NCBI GenBank assembly: GCA_965218095.1
Contig: OZ244587.1
Location: 2,368,001-2,432,000 of the forward strand
Direction: 5' to 3'
Source of the DNA: Candidatus Poribacteria bacterium
GTDB taxonomy: Bacteria > Poribacteria > WGA-4E > PCPOR2b
Length of the DNA stretch: 64,000 bases
The position numbers and the translations under genes were made by a program. The notes below the pieces were generated by a model. The model had not been told where the DNA came from and ran no database searches. It saw nothing but the letters and a program-made list of their open reading frames with translations. How positions within the stretch are numbered: the stretch's first letter is position 1; the number at the start of each line of letters is the position of its first letter. This document shows, piece by piece, positions 22,491-33,230 of this stretch.

Positions 22491-23564
22491 ATGGAACAAC
22501 GTGCTAAATTATCAAAAGCCCTCCTGCTTTCGTTTATACTTCACCTTGTTTTCATGACGATATTGGGTGTTGTTCAGATGCGGCCCCAGAAGGCGGGGAA
22601 CGAATTATACATTCAGGTTGAAATTATCTCACAGCCTCGAAAACCGGCGCCTAAAGTATTGAAGCGACCACTGTACCTCTCTTCAGCTTCAAATTTACTG
22701 ACGCCTCAGTCTCAACAAATCATCGCAAGAAACCCTGTACTCCGTCCGCCTCGCCTGCAAATCTCCTCATTTCTGCTGCCCGGTCTTCCGACGGAACGAT
22801 CGTTTTCGATGTTGACTGAGGAAAGCATTCCACTTTCGACAACTTCCAATTCCGTCGGCGACACCTCCTTCCCCCCATCAGATTCGCAAATTTCTCGTGG
22901 AAGGGTGGGCGCCAGCAACGGTTTTGCCTTTGGCAACCAAGTTGGTCGACCACCGCAATCACTTGGTCTGGAATCCCAAACTGTCCTCCCCGAAATTACC
23001 AGCTTAACGCAGCTAGACCTCGCACTCGTCAAAATTGGCCGTCACCTTCTGCTGACACGCGAGAGCGATACGATCGATATTGTCTTCCTTATTGATGCAA
23101 GCAAAAGTATGCGGAATGATATTGACGCGGTGCGCAATCATCTGAACCAGATGACAGATCTCCTCAAAACGGAAGGATTGGACTTCACCGTTGGGCTCGT
23201 TGCGTTCCGGGATGGTATGACCTTCTCCCTGTTAGGCTGGAACTTTCAGGTGACGCCACAAACCACAGCAATTCGGCAGATAAAAAAGACGCTTAATAGC
23301 ATACGTTGCCGGGGTGGAGAAAAAGCGTTGGACGCGCTTGTCCGAGCAGCAAACGAAGTGAAATTTCGCAGAGGCGCCGAGCGGCGATTCATTTTGGTCA
23401 CGGATGAATATGTGAGCGGTTCATACTCACCGAAAAAGGTTTTGACGAAGATAAAATCGGAAAAAATCAGTGTCAACGTCATCGGACGCGATGAGCATTT
23501 TCAAAAGCTGCTGGCAGAAGGTACGGGGGGACTTTGGCTGCCGATTTCTAGCTTGAAGGAGTAA
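22491..23564 (+). CDS. Membrane-anchored VWA domain protein
   Basis: N-terminal TM helix, Pro/Ser linker, MIDAS DASKSM, LVTDE. Confidence 0.8.
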   Translation: MEQRAKLSKALLLSFILHLVFMTILGVVQMRPQKAGNELYIQVEIISQPRKPAPKVLKRPLYLSSASNLLTPQSQQIIARNPVLRPPRLQISSFLLPGLPTERSFSMLTEESIPLSTTSNSVGDTSFPPSDSQISRGRVGASNGFAFGNQVGRPPQSLGLESQTVLPEITSLTQLDLALVKIGRHLLLTRESDTIDIVFLIDASKSMRNDIDAVRNHLNQMTDLLKTEGLDFTVGLVAFRDGMTFSLLGWNFQVTPQTTAIRQIKKTLNSIRCRGGEKALDALVRAANEVKFRRGAERRFILVTDEYVSGSYSPKKVLTKIKSEKISVNVIGRDEHFQKLLAEGTGGLWLPISSLKE

Positions 23565-23666
23565 GTGAGAAAATGGAAGACAGAATGGAAGAGGAATTTC
23601 ACATTTCACGCATCACGCTTCACTCAAAACGACACTTTAGCGATAGCACAGAAAAGGAAGGCTGAA

Positions 23667-24851
23667 ATGACACAACAATCAATTATAAACTACTTCTTGC
23701 CGCCATTGATTCAGTTTGGCGCCGGGGCGATAAAAAACTTAGGGTCGCATGTTACCTCATTCGATGGGAATAAGCCACTCATTGTCACAGATGAAGGCGT
23801 CACAAACGCCGGCATTTTATCGAAAGCAGTTGAACCGTTATCAGACGCTCAAATTGATTATGCGGTTTTCGACGCTGTTCAGCCCAACCCAACGGATCTC
23901 AGTGTCCTCAAAGGGCTGGAGGCTCATCGTGCGGAAGGCTGTGACCTGGTGATTGCCGTCGGGGGCGGGAGCGTGATGGACGCGGCGAAGGCGATTCGCA
24001 TTCTGACGACTCACGAGCCGCCATTGGAGCCTTACTACGTTGATGTTGGTGGTATTGATCGGATTATCAACAATCTTCCCCCACTAATTTGTGTGCCGAC
24101 GACGGCGGGGACAGGCAGTGAGGTGTCACAGGGTGCGATAATCACTGATACGTTGGGGCGCACAACCGAGGGATGGCGGAAGCGGGCGATTAGTACGCCT
24201 TATAATATGGCCTCCCTTGCGCTACTCGATCCGGAATTGACGGTGGGTATGCCGGCTGCCTTGACGGCGGCGACAGGTATGGATGCAGTGACACACGGGG
24301 TTGAGGCTTATGTGGCCACGCGATACCATCCGATTGCGGAGGGCGTTGCACTGCAAGCTTTGAAAACTCTCGGTAAAAACATCCGCCAGGCTTACCATCG
24401 CGGCGACGATATCGAAGCGCGAGGCGAAATGCTAATTGCTTCTGCAATGGCAGCGTTTTCCTTTCAGAAGGGGCTCGGCGCCGTCCACTCCCTCGCTCAT
24501 CAGCTTTCAACGGAAGCGGATATCCCGCACGGTGTTGCAAACGCGATCTTGCTGCCAGAGGTCATGGCGTTTAATTTGTCCGATGCCGTTGATGGGTATG
24601 CAGACATCGCTGCGGTGTTGGGCGTTGATACGTCAGGTATGTCAAGGGAAGAAGCCGCGCATGCCGCAATCGCAGAAGTGCGAGCACTGAACAAGGAATT
24701 CAGCATGCCGCCGGGGTTGGGTGCAGCCGGCTTGAAGCACGAACGTATTCCCAAAATCGCGAAGGACGCAATGCTTGACCACTGCTATAAATTTAACCCG
24801 CGTCCTTGCAGCGAGGCGGATATGCGAGAGTTATACGAGGCTGCATTTTAA
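23667..24851 (+). CDS. Iron-containing alcohol dehydrogenase
   Basis: GGGSVMDAAK, PTTAGTGSE, GMDAVTH, HSLAH, PHG. Confidence 0.93.
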   Translation: MTQQSIINYFLPPLIQFGAGAIKNLGSHVTSFDGNKPLIVTDEGVTNAGILSKAVEPLSDAQIDYAVFDAVQPNPTDLSVLKGLEAHRAEGCDLVIAVGGGSVMDAAKAIRILTTHEPPLEPYYVDVGGIDRIINNLPPLICVPTTAGTGSEVSQGAIITDTLGRTTEGWRKRAISTPYNMASLALLDPELTVGMPAALTAATGMDAVTHGVEAYVATRYHPIAEGVALQALKTLGKNIRQAYHRGDDIEARGEMLIASAMAAFSFQKGLGAVHSLAHQLSTEADIPHGVANAILLPEVMAFNLSDAVDGYADIAAVLGVDTSGMSREEAAHAAIAEVRALNKEFSMPPGLGAAGLKHERIPKIAKDAMLDHCYKFNPRPCSEADMRELYEAAF

Positions 24852-25244
24852 CTCGATAAGATTCGTTTATCATACAAAATTACGATAAGCGTAGCTCAGA
24901 TTCAGAAGAAGTCGGTTTCAACGCCTTTTTCAAACATCTATCATCTTCAGTTGACCTACGTTGGAACAGTTTCATCTTCTGCTCCTGATAAACGACTCCT
25001 AAAAACACCTCGACCCGACATCGAGTCTATTACATATAGGAAAACAAGAAGTGGCGTTGTACAACCTTCTTGCAGGTACTAATTCGCCTTTGGGTGTCGG
25101 TGAGGACTTACCAGAAATAGACTCCGCGTAGACTCAAGATCCTATCTATCTTGATTCCCAGGCAGGAGGGCCAACTTAGAAAGTTAGGCTACAATAGAAT
25201 CCGCGTTCTAATTAACTCGTGAAATTAGCGATTTTTAATAATTG

Positions 25245-25273
25245 TTGACAAAAGTTTGCAAGTATGCTATGCT
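25245..25273 (+). promoter_or_regulatory. Sigma70 promoter with extended -10
   Basis: TTGACA-N17-TATGCT with TGn. Confidence 0.65.
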
Positions 25274-25279
25274 ATAAAT

Positions 25280-25458
25280 ACCCTTTGAAAAGAAAGGAGG
25301 TGATCATTCTTGTTACCATCTAGCGGAATGATCAAGGGAGGTGCTGTCTTTTAGGAGACAGCGCTCCCCATCAAGGGAGATTCTCTCTCAGGAGACGGCA
25401 CCTCCCTTGATCTTAACGTAGATGTTGAGCAGGGCTGAAGTTTTAGCCCTGCTTTTTT
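25280..25458 (+). ncRNA. Candidate structured small RNA or attenuator leader
   Basis: Bounded by promoter and terminator; 20-bp stem 25330-25349/25393-25412 with an alternative inner hairpin; six GGA motifs; no ORF over 14 codons recognised. Confidence 0.5.
25428..25458 (+). terminator. Intrinsic terminator
   Basis: AGCAGGGCTGAAG-TTTTAGCCCTGCT followed by a T-tract. Confidence 0.8.
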
Positions 25459-25485
25459 ATTTCAACGGTGAAAGAGGGGAAAACA

Positions 25486-26112
25486 ATGATACAGACACCA
25501 CCGGAATCAGCAATTATCCTTTTTGACGGTAAAGGCCTCAACAATTGGACGACACGTGATAGCGATCCGGCGGTATGGGAGGTTGCTGACGGCGCAATGA
25601 CCGTGGTTGCTGGCGGCGGCGGTATCATGACGGTGGAGACGTTTACCGATTTCATGCTTCATTTGGAGTTTATGACCCCCGACATGCCAGAGGCAACGGG
25701 ACAGGCGAAGGGAAACAGTGGCGTATTCCTTCAAGGTCGGTATGAAATTCAGGTGTTAGATTCCTATGGCATTGAGACGCCGGGTAAGGGCGACTGCGGC
25801 GCGATTTACAACCAATTTGCAGCGTTAGTGAACGCTTGTAAACCGCCGTTGGAGTGGCAAACCTACGACGTGATATTCCGGATGGCTCGCGTCGATGAGT
25901 CGGGAGAGGTGATCGAACAGGCGCGGATGACCGTTCTGCAAAACGGAGTGGTAATTCAGAATAACACCCAGGTGTTGGGCGCCACAGGAGACCTCCTCAG
26001 CGAAAACGTCGGGGAGCCTGGTCCCTTATTACTGCAAGACCACGGCAACTCGGTAAAGTATCGCAACATCTGGATTGTGCCACTCCCCCTGAAAGGGTCG
26101 GACGTATACTAA
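25486..26112 (+). CDS. DUF1080 (3-keto-disaccharide hydrolase-like) protein
   Basis: LFDGKGL, GNSGVFLQGRYEIQVLDS, LQDHG, YRNIW. Confidence 0.9.
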   Translation: MIQTPPESAIILFDGKGLNNWTTRDSDPAVWEVADGAMTVVAGGGGIMTVETFTDFMLHLEFMTPDMPEATGQAKGNSGVFLQGRYEIQVLDSYGIETPGKGDCGAIYNQFAALVNACKPPLEWQTYDVIFRMARVDESGEVIEQARMTVLQNGVVIQNNTQVLGATGDLLSENVGEPGPLLLQDHGNSVKYRNIWIVPLPLKGSDVY

Positions 26113-26140
26113 TCAGCGTTGGAAGTAAGAAGCGATAATC

Positions 26141-26176
26141 AAAAAGCATCGGGAGTTCGTTCCCGGTGCTTTTTTT
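26141..26176. terminator. Bidirectional intrinsic terminator
   Basis: AAAAAGCATCGGGA-GTTCGT-TCCCGGTGCTTTTTTT between convergent genes. Confidence 0.8.
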
Positions 26177-26262
26177 GCCCTGCGACACGAGATATTTTTG
26201 AAAGTATCGGAGAGGAGATACCATAAAGATTACCGCTATGAAAATCCACCAGGTGAGAAATC

Positions 26263-27267
26263 TCAGTTTTCCTTCTGCGGCATTCTGTAGGTCTCGCTCG
26301 CAACGTTCAGGGTATCAATCGCCTCGGCGGGGAGTGTCAGCTTTGTACCAGCGAAATTGTCCTCGATGTGCTCGGGACTCTCTGCACCCGCAAGCACGCT
26401 GGTTATCTCCAGATGAGTCAACACCCAGGCGATGCAAACCTGGCTTCGGGTCACGCTCAGATCTCGAGCCACCCCATTCAGCACGCCTATCAGCGTTGCC
26501 AGCGGTGTGCCCGGATTGACACTGCGCCCCGGCGCGAGGTGCCCCGTGTCCAGAGGGCTAAAAGCGAGGAGGCCCAGCCCCGATCGCCGCAGCACAGGGA
26601 ACATCTCTTGCTCCAGTTGGCGCACACGGGAATCGCCGACATCATTTAAGGACTCCCCGGCGATATTGTAGTAGTCTTCGATCCCAGCAATGGGGGTTTT
26701 GCCCGTCCTTCTGCCGAGTTCGACGTATTCGCTCACCTTTGCAGCGCTATGGTTGGACACGCCCCAGTACCGAATCTTGCCGGCCCGCACCAGCGCGTCC
26801 ATCGAATCAACAATCTCCGCTGCCTGTGTGGCCTTGTCCGGTTGATGGAGCAGGTAGAGGTCAATGTAGTCCGTATCTAGGCGCTTGAGACTGTCTTCTG
26901 CTTGCCGAAACAGAAAATCTCGGGTAAAACACGCGGGTTTCCCGCCGCCATCTTCTTTTTCTGGCTGATAAGATGCCGCCACTTTCGTGCAAATGACCGC
27001 TTGATCACGCTTCCCCGCGATGGCCTTGCCAAGGGCCTCCTCTGAACCGCCCCAACCGTAGGCGTTGGACGAATCGAAGAAGTTCACGCCCACGTCAAGA
27101 CAGTGCTGCAGAACGTGCAAGCCTATCAGATTATCCGCTGCCCGTGGCATGTTGCGGAATGCGGTCCCCTGGCAGAGGCGCGAGACGTACAGATCCGTAT
27201 TACCAAAACGCACTAGATGCGAAGGCTGATGCACCCCTGAGTCTGAGTAGTTATTTGTACGTGCCAT
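26263..27267 (-). CDS. Aldo/keto reductase
   Basis: FFDSSNAYG, SLKRLDTDYIDLYLLH, GKIRYWGVSN. Confidence 0.92.
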   Translation of the reverse strand: MARTNNYSDSGVHQPSHLVRFGNTDLYVSRLCQGTAFRNMPRAADNLIGLHVLQHCLDVGVNFFDSSNAYGWGGSEEALGKAIAGKRDQAVICTKVAASYQPEKEDGGGKPACFTRDFLFRQAEDSLKRLDTDYIDLYLLHQPDKATQAAEIVDSMDALVRAGKIRYWGVSNHSAAKVSEYVELGRRTGKTPIAGIEDYYNIAGESLNDVGDSRVRQLEQEMFPVLRRSGLGLLAFSPLDTGHLAPGRSVNPGTPLATLIGVLNGVARDLSVTRSQVCIAWVLTHLEITSVLAGAESPEHIEDNFAGTKLTLPAEAIDTLNVASETYRMPQKEN

Positions 27268-27366
27268 AACAATTCCCCAAATTGAATTCATAGATCCTTT
27301 GAAAGGTTGGTTAATGGTTCAATCTATAAGTCCGTATAGCGAACCTTTCAAAGGCTCCGGTTATGC

Positions 27367-28983
27367 CTAATAGTCGATCGGTTCCCGTTTGAAACTACGG
27401 TGGAGGCGGTATCGGATAGCGCAGTCAACGTCGTAGACTTCAAAAGAATTTTCGATATTTCGATCGCGTTTCATCAGTGTGATCTTCACCGTGTTGTGCC
27501 CTGGCTGTGGATAATATTCAGGTGTGAGGTGGTATTCATACACTTGCCCATAGGGTCCCACAGCCCCCGTGCTGATTAGGCGGTAGTTCAAGTCGTTTAG
27601 GACTAGAATGGAATCCGGCAGATGTTGACCGTTAAGCTCGATTCGGACATTGTTCAACGACGGCTCAAGACCCGTCAGGCGAACCCGCAGGCAAACGGAC
27701 TCAACCCTTCCCAGAGCGTGCCAGTGTGCTAAATCGTCGCTCATCCGCAGTCGTACCTCCACCGGCTCTCCTTCAATGAGCGTCCGCGGCAGAGCAGGAG
27801 ATACACCAGGCGCCCAGTTATAACCCTTAGTGCCGCTCCGCGCCTCGGAGCGAACCCGGTAGAGCTTGTCAGCCGCTGCCAGCATTTCAGGGTGACCGAG
27901 CAGGCGCAAGGTCTGGTACTCGTCGCGCAGCCAGGGCCAACCGTTGGGCGTCCAGTGCGCGTCTCCAATCCCAAAACCATCTGCGCCCTGGGCATAGGCA
28001 TTCGCCGCCGCCGCCCAGATTATCGGCGGTGTTGCGTATTGGTTGAGTTGCCTGCCGAGCACGTTCTGGAAAGCAACAAGCAGCCGACATTCGGTCCCAC
28101 GGACGAGATCTACTGCGCCCGACAGATCGGGGTCCTGGTCTACTGGCCCCTGTGTGAGTCCGGGCTGACAAATCAGGCCATCCACAAGTTTCTCCGAGAT
28201 CCAACGGGGGACGTCGTACCCAAGCACCTGCCAGGCATCCGGGTGCGCCGGGATGCGGACGTAGATGCGTTTACGGCGTCCTCGGGCTTGTTCAGCTTTC
28301 CGGGCGACTCTGCGCAAGTCGCGCAGCCATTGGGTCATGACCGGAGCGAGTTGCTCAACCTCGCTGAACTTGCAGAAAGGAACGAAGTCAGTCATGTTCA
28401 GTTCAATCCCATCGGTCTCGTAGCGAGCGAGCAATTCCTCCGAGACACGGAAGCGTTCCTCCCGGGCCTCGGGGTGCAAAAAACTGAACCGAGTCGGCGA
28501 AACGTCCGAGGCGCGCGAATCTTCCTCCTCACCGACCTGAAACCTCGGATGATCGTACACAAAGTCAGACTTGCGACCCAACCCGCCATCGGTCGCTCGG
28601 TCTCCGCCAGAAAGGGTGACCGGGTTGCTGGGAATGAACCAGAGCCCTTTTTCGTGGCAGCGGTCACAGAGCAGCTTCAGCGGGTCGTGGCCGTCGGCAA
28701 CGAGTTGCTGAATGTTTCGCCCGGCGCGATACCAGACCGTGTGGGTCCATTTGACGACATTGTCTCCCCACTTCTGTGCGACGCGGCTATCATACATCAC
28801 TACGCCTCCCTCAAGGACCGCGAAGTATATGAGGGTGTCCACGCCGCTGTCAGCAAGTTGATCCACGTTGAGCGTGAAATCCGAGGGATCCAGGGGAGGT
28901 TCAAATTGATAGAGACTGGCTGCGTGACGCCCGTCATCGAACATGAAGACGCGAGGTTCGTCCAAGGAGTTTCTTCGTTTCAT
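27367..28983 (-). CDS. Putative glycoside hydrolase-like TIM-barrel protein (GHL10-like)
   Basis: 538 aa; DPLKLLCDRCHEKG, RYETDGIELN, GADG motifs, beta-sandwich tail. Confidence 0.55.
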   Translation of the reverse strand: MKRRNSLDEPRVFMFDDGRHAASLYQFEPPLDPSDFTLNVDQLADSGVDTLIYFAVLEGGVVMYDSRVAQKWGDNVVKWTHTVWYRAGRNIQQLVADGHDPLKLLCDRCHEKGLWFIPSNPVTLSGGDRATDGGLGRKSDFVYDHPRFQVGEEEDSRASDVSPTRFSFLHPEAREERFRVSEELLARYETDGIELNMTDFVPFCKFSEVEQLAPVMTQWLRDLRRVARKAEQARGRRKRIYVRIPAHPDAWQVLGYDVPRWISEKLVDGLICQPGLTQGPVDQDPDLSGAVDLVRGTECRLLVAFQNVLGRQLNQYATPPIIWAAAANAYAQGADGFGIGDAHWTPNGWPWLRDEYQTLRLLGHPEMLAAADKLYRVRSEARSGTKGYNWAPGVSPALPRTLIEGEPVEVRLRMSDDLAHWHALGRVESVCLRVRLTGLEPSLNNVRIELNGQHLPDSILVLNDLNYRLISTGAVGPYGQVYEYHLTPEYYPQPGHNTVKITLMKRDRNIENSFEVYDVDCAIRYRLHRSFKREPIDY

Positions 28984-29355
28984 AGAGTCCTGCCTCTCTG
29001 GTAGAGAACTTGATAAAGGTAGGTTTTTGAAACACGAGAATTACAAAATTGCCCCATTACACCACACCGTCATCAAAAATCAAACCTGAGCCGAAAAGGT
29101 CGAACAGGAATTTTTCGTTATCGGTCATTTGAGTTTCCTCCTCTAACCATCTCAATATCGATAAAGATGTCAAATATCATATCATACTACGTTGTTTTTG
29201 GTGTACAATATTCCGACTCCTATGGTAACGATTTTCTGGCTGTCGGAAAGTGGGCATATTTTTTCTGACATCCAGTTGGAGTTTAACCTATATTTTCTCA
29301 TATCTACCTTCTGCGAGGAAGGGAAGGAACACGCCAATTGAAAGGAAAAAACCGT

Positions 29356-30330
29356 ATGCAGGCAGATACCTCGGATCGACTCAAAATTGTTGTTCCCGGC
29401 GATAACCCCCCGCAGATACAGGGGTCGCCGCACCTGAAAGGGCTGGAGCCTTATGGCGATGTGATTTTGCACACGGATCGCCCGGAATCGCTTGAGGAAA
29501 AAATTAACCGTGCGAAAGACGCCGATATTCTGATGAACACTCGCGGCATCGTGACCTGGCCCGCCGAAGCCTTGCGTCAACTGCCGAAACTGCGGATGAT
29601 TACGACGTGTTCGATTGGGACGGACATGATCGATTTAGAGACAGCAAGGAAGCTCGGCATTGTCGTCTCCAATCAGCCCGGTCGCACGGCGCCTGTTGTT
29701 GCTGAGCACGGATTTGGGCTGATGTTCGCCGCCGCCAAGCGAGCCGCCTTCATGACAACGGCGGTGAAAGCCGGTCAATGGCCCCGGATGGACAACATCT
29801 ATCTGGGTGGCAAAACGTTGGGGGTTGTCGGAACAGGGAATATCGGCTCGGAGATGGCGCGGCTCGGTCAAGCCATCGGGATGAACGTGATTGCGTGGAC
29901 GTTTAACCCTTCGCCTGAACGGGCGGCGCAACTTGGGATTCAGTATGTGGAGTTGAATGAACTCCTGCGAACCGCTGATGTCGTCAGCCTCCACGTTAAG
30001 TTGACCGATGATAGCCGACATCTCATCGGTAAACGGGAGCTTGAACTGATGAAGCCCAACGCACTGGTAATCAATGTCGCACGCGGCGAGGTCGTCGATG
30101 CGGATGCGCTCGTTGAGGCGCTGAATTCCGGGCATCTCGGCGGCGCTGCGATCGATGTCTATGATCAAGAGCCCCCACCCGCCAATCACCCGCTCCTTGC
30201 TTGTGAGCAGGTCGTCCTCTCACCCCACTGTGCCGACATGACACCAGAGGGTGTGGACCTGCTCAACGAAGGCGCTGTCGATAACGTTATCGCCTTCCTG
30301 AAGGGAGAGCCACAAAACGTCGTGACGTAA
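29356..30330 (+). CDS. D-2-hydroxyacid dehydrogenase (SerA/GhrB-like)
   Basis: VAEH, GTGNIG, INVARG, DVYDQEP, SPH. Confidence 0.9.
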   Translation: MQADTSDRLKIVVPGDNPPQIQGSPHLKGLEPYGDVILHTDRPESLEEKINRAKDADILMNTRGIVTWPAEALRQLPKLRMITTCSIGTDMIDLETARKLGIVVSNQPGRTAPVVAEHGFGLMFAAAKRAAFMTTAVKAGQWPRMDNIYLGGKTLGVVGTGNIGSEMARLGQAIGMNVIAWTFNPSPERAAQLGIQYVELNELLRTADVVSLHVKLTDDSRHLIGKRELELMKPNALVINVARGEVVDADALVEALNSGHLGGAAIDVYDQEPPPANHPLLACEQVVLSPHCADMTPEGVDLLNEGAVDNVIAFLKGEPQNVVT

Positions 30331-30427
30331 GGCTACACGATATAAGCATTGTCAATGTTTTTCGGAAAAACTCGGTTTCTTTGCACATGAGTCTCAAACA
30401 TTTTTGCAATTTAGGAGGATTTAGAAA

Positions 30428-30940
30428 ATGTATTTCAAAAAGCCGAAGAAGCTATTGGGGATAGCGCTACTGTCTTTTGTCGTGAGCCTAGCAGGTTGCG
30501 CCAAAACTCAATTTGTTGTCCTTCGTGATGTGCCAGAATCTCCATCTTTCGTTGTCATTCCGGCAAATGACTATCTGCGCGAGGTTGAGTTTGCAAACAG
30601 CATAGAGGACGCTATTATTAGTGCAGGCGTCAAGGTTGTTATACGTCCAGCAACTAAAAAAGTCACAACGGAGAAAACAATTCAGGGAGCAGAAGGCAAG
30701 CAAGGCACTGGCGAGAAATTGATTCTAGCCGCAGACTCGAAATTGATTGAAAGATACTCCGCGTTTGAGGATATTGACGCCGATTACATTGTGCGAACCT
30801 ACGTTTCTTCTCAGCAAGTTAAAATTGCAAAAAGGGAAACGCGGGAGATCTTAGCGGTTTTGAAAAAGTCTCCCCCATTCTTCTGGCCGACGACGATTTA
30901 TAAGGCGTTGGCAAAGATGGGGATTCCTGTAAGGAACTGA
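30428..30940 (+). CDS. Hypothetical lipoprotein
   Basis: AGGAGG RBS; lipobox LAGC. Confidence 0.7.
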   Translation: MYFKKPKKLLGIALLSFVVSLAGCAKTQFVVLRDVPESPSFVVIPANDYLREVEFANSIEDAIISAGVKVVIRPATKKVTTEKTIQGAEGKQGTGEKLILAADSKLIERYSAFEDIDADYIVRTYVSSQQVKIAKRETREILAVLKKSPPFFWPTTIYKALAKMGIPVRN

Positions 30941-31181
30941 AACAGAGCCCTACAGAAAAGACAGCGAGGCTTCCCCTCGCCTGCGGGGGAATAGAGGGGG
31001 GTAAGAATCACACGATTGCCAAATCCGACGGTGGGTCTGGATTTGGCAACCCAGACCGAGCGAGAAGCAGTCTGCTTTCAGTTTCCAGAATCCAAAGTGC
31101 GTAAGCCCTAACAAGTACACGATTCATTCACTACGATGTTTTCATATCTCTTACTATGTGAGGAAGGTCCCACTTGCTACC

Positions 31182-33230
31182 ATGCACTATGAACAATGGA
31201 ACCAAGCCATCATCTCCTACTTTTTTGAAGAGTGCGAGCCCGGCGAAATTGTTTTCCTGCAAACAAATGCTGAAACGCTTTCTGAAATCGCTCGGTCGTC
31301 CGGTTTCAACGTAGAGGATGCTGCCGAAAGTTTGAAAGTAGCTGTCAGGAACAAAATAGTTGCTGGCGATCGGATTAACCTCAAACAAATCTATCCGGCA
31401 GATTTACGGGATTTATGGTGGGACATTCCGGAAAAGGAACCGCCTCAAGTCGCTTTCCTTGCACTAACGGTTCTTGCAGCAAGTCTGATGGGATCTGAAG
31501 GTGCCGTTTCCTCCCAAAACTACTATATCCGTCTCAATGAATTACTACTAAGAAATTTAATCAAAGGTAAACCACTAGGTTTTGACCCACGTAGATCTCA
31601 ATTTGAAGGGTTATGGAAACATCTCCAGAAATGGGCAAGAGATCAACATGATGTCGAACTCTATTTGACTAAAGGTCCACGAAACCGCAAGTACGTTTGG
31701 TACCCAATTTCGCAAAGCCTAATCAGTAAACATGATCTACCAGCCATTTACCGATTTTTTGCGAGCAACAAACTCCACCCTTTTTCAAAAATATCAGGCG
31801 ATCAATTGCTCGACAAGCTCCGCTATTGGCATGACTTCGGAACCTTGTCCGCAAAGATCTGTCATCGTATTGACAACCAACACTATGCTCAACTAATTGG
31901 AAGTCAAGTTCAATTACTGCTGAAAAATTGGGATGGTCACGAGATTCCACCGGCACCACCTAATACATGTGCCCCAATTAATCGTCCATCAAAAATCGAT
32001 GTTGAACTTCGATTTAATCTATCTATTAACGTGGAAATTCGCTACTGGTTCCCAAGACGTGGGAGAAACGAAATAGATTGTCAAATCAACCCTTTCGGAA
32101 TTAAGCGTCTACAAACGTCTGACTCAGAAAAATGGTTTCGACCACTTATTGATAAGGAAGGTACGTTTTGGGGGCAGATCAATCCCCTGCAATTGCAAAC
32201 GGCTGAAAGCAAGCCAGCGATCTATACCCTAGGTCATTCTGATATCTGGGTTTTCCGAAAGGATCCGGAACGTGACGACGGTTGGCTTTCTCAACGAAAT
32301 ATGCAACTGTATGAGGACCACCTAATAGTCTTCCGCAAATGGCTTGCTAATCAGGTTATTGCTTGTGTGAAACAGACTTGTGAGCTAGAGAGTGAAACGC
32401 CCAGTCCCATCTATGATGGTTGGTTCTACCTGCGGGGCAAACCTACCAAGCCCTTGCCTATTTCCAGTCCAGAACTTTGGCGGCTTTCTATTGATTCTGG
32501 TCAACGGATTCGTTTCATTGGAGGATTATCGGTTCAAGATCAGCGCGGCCGCAGAGCCTATCTCAATATTTGCCTTCCTACTGTGTTCGTCCCTGATCTT
32601 GGCCTTGCCAGTGAAGAGAGTTTGCGGATTAACGGGCAGATGCTTTCAGTTGGCGCAAATCGACTTGTTACATTGAAGAACACAATAGGACCTGGAGTTC
32701 ATCAGATCTCCTATGGGACGCAAACTAGGGAATTACGAGTCATAACTCCAAAGCGTTCCTCGGAATACAACAACCAGACCTTAATCGCTACCTTATCCCA
32801 AGATGTTCCGGGGATGCCGACCTATTCTGTAAGGAAAATTGCAGAGGTTACCGCGGAATCTGGAGTACGGCTTGCGGGTGCGAAGTTCCTTGGAATAGAT
32901 ATTCCCGAAACTACATGGGACGATGTGCAAACCGAACCACAAGTTCAAGAAGACAGCAATGCATTGTTCAAAACACCTGCTGAACTCATTTCATCGGTTA
33001 TAAAAATAGCGATAGAACTCAAGCACGACAAGGCTTCGGTGCCAGAGTGGTTAGGTCAGGCAATCGAATACTTAGATCAGAATGTTGCCTTGCGATCCCT
33101 TGTTCAAAAGAGGTTGGGTCACTACCACGAAACGGCTTTGTCTTATGCAAATCTCCGCGAAGAGGGAGGTAGTCGTGGAAGCGAAAACATATCCAGAAGA
33201 AAAACGAAGAGATTTAATAAAACGGAGTAA
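31182..33230 (+). CDS. Druantia-like accessory protein 1 (DruC-like)
   Basis: PPQVAFLALTVLAA, NYYIRL, YVWYPISQSL; first gene of an overlapping operon ending in a DUF1998 helicase. Confidence 0.5.
   Translation: MHYEQWNQAIISYFFEECEPGEIVFLQTNAETLSEIARSSGFNVEDAAESLKVAVRNKIVAGDRINLKQIYPADLRDLWWDIPEKEPPQVAFLALTVLAASLMGSEGAVSSQNYYIRLNELLLRNLIKGKPLGFDPRRSQFEGLWKHLQKWARDQHDVELYLTKGPRNRKYVWYPISQSLISKHDLPAIYRFFASNKLHPFSKISGDQLLDKLRYWHDFGTLSAKICHRIDNQHYAQLIGSQVQLLLKNWDGHEIPPAPPNTCAPINRPSKIDVELRFNLSINVEIRYWFPRRGRNEIDCQINPFGIKRLQTSDSEKWFRPLIDKEGTFWGQINPLQLQTAESKPAIYTLGHSDIWVFRKDPERDDGWLSQRNMQLYEDHLIVFRKWLANQVIACVKQTCELESETPSPIYDGWFYLRGKPTKPLPISSPELWRLSIDSGQRIRFIGGLSVQDQRGRRAYLNICLPTVFVPDLGLASEESLRINGQMLSVGANRLVTLKNTIGPGVHQISYGTQTRELRVITPKRSSEYNNQTLIATLSQDVPGMPTYSVRKIAEVTAESGVRLAGAKFLGIDIPETTWDDVQTEPQVQEDSNALFKTPAELISSVIKIAIELKHDKASVPEWLGQAIEYLDQNVALRSLVQKRLGHYHETALSYANLREEGGSRGSENISRRKTKRFNKTE

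Noticed and set aside
27892-29004. 370-aa plus-strand ORF
   Set aside because: Antisense shadow of the 538-aa minus-strand gene; no motifs
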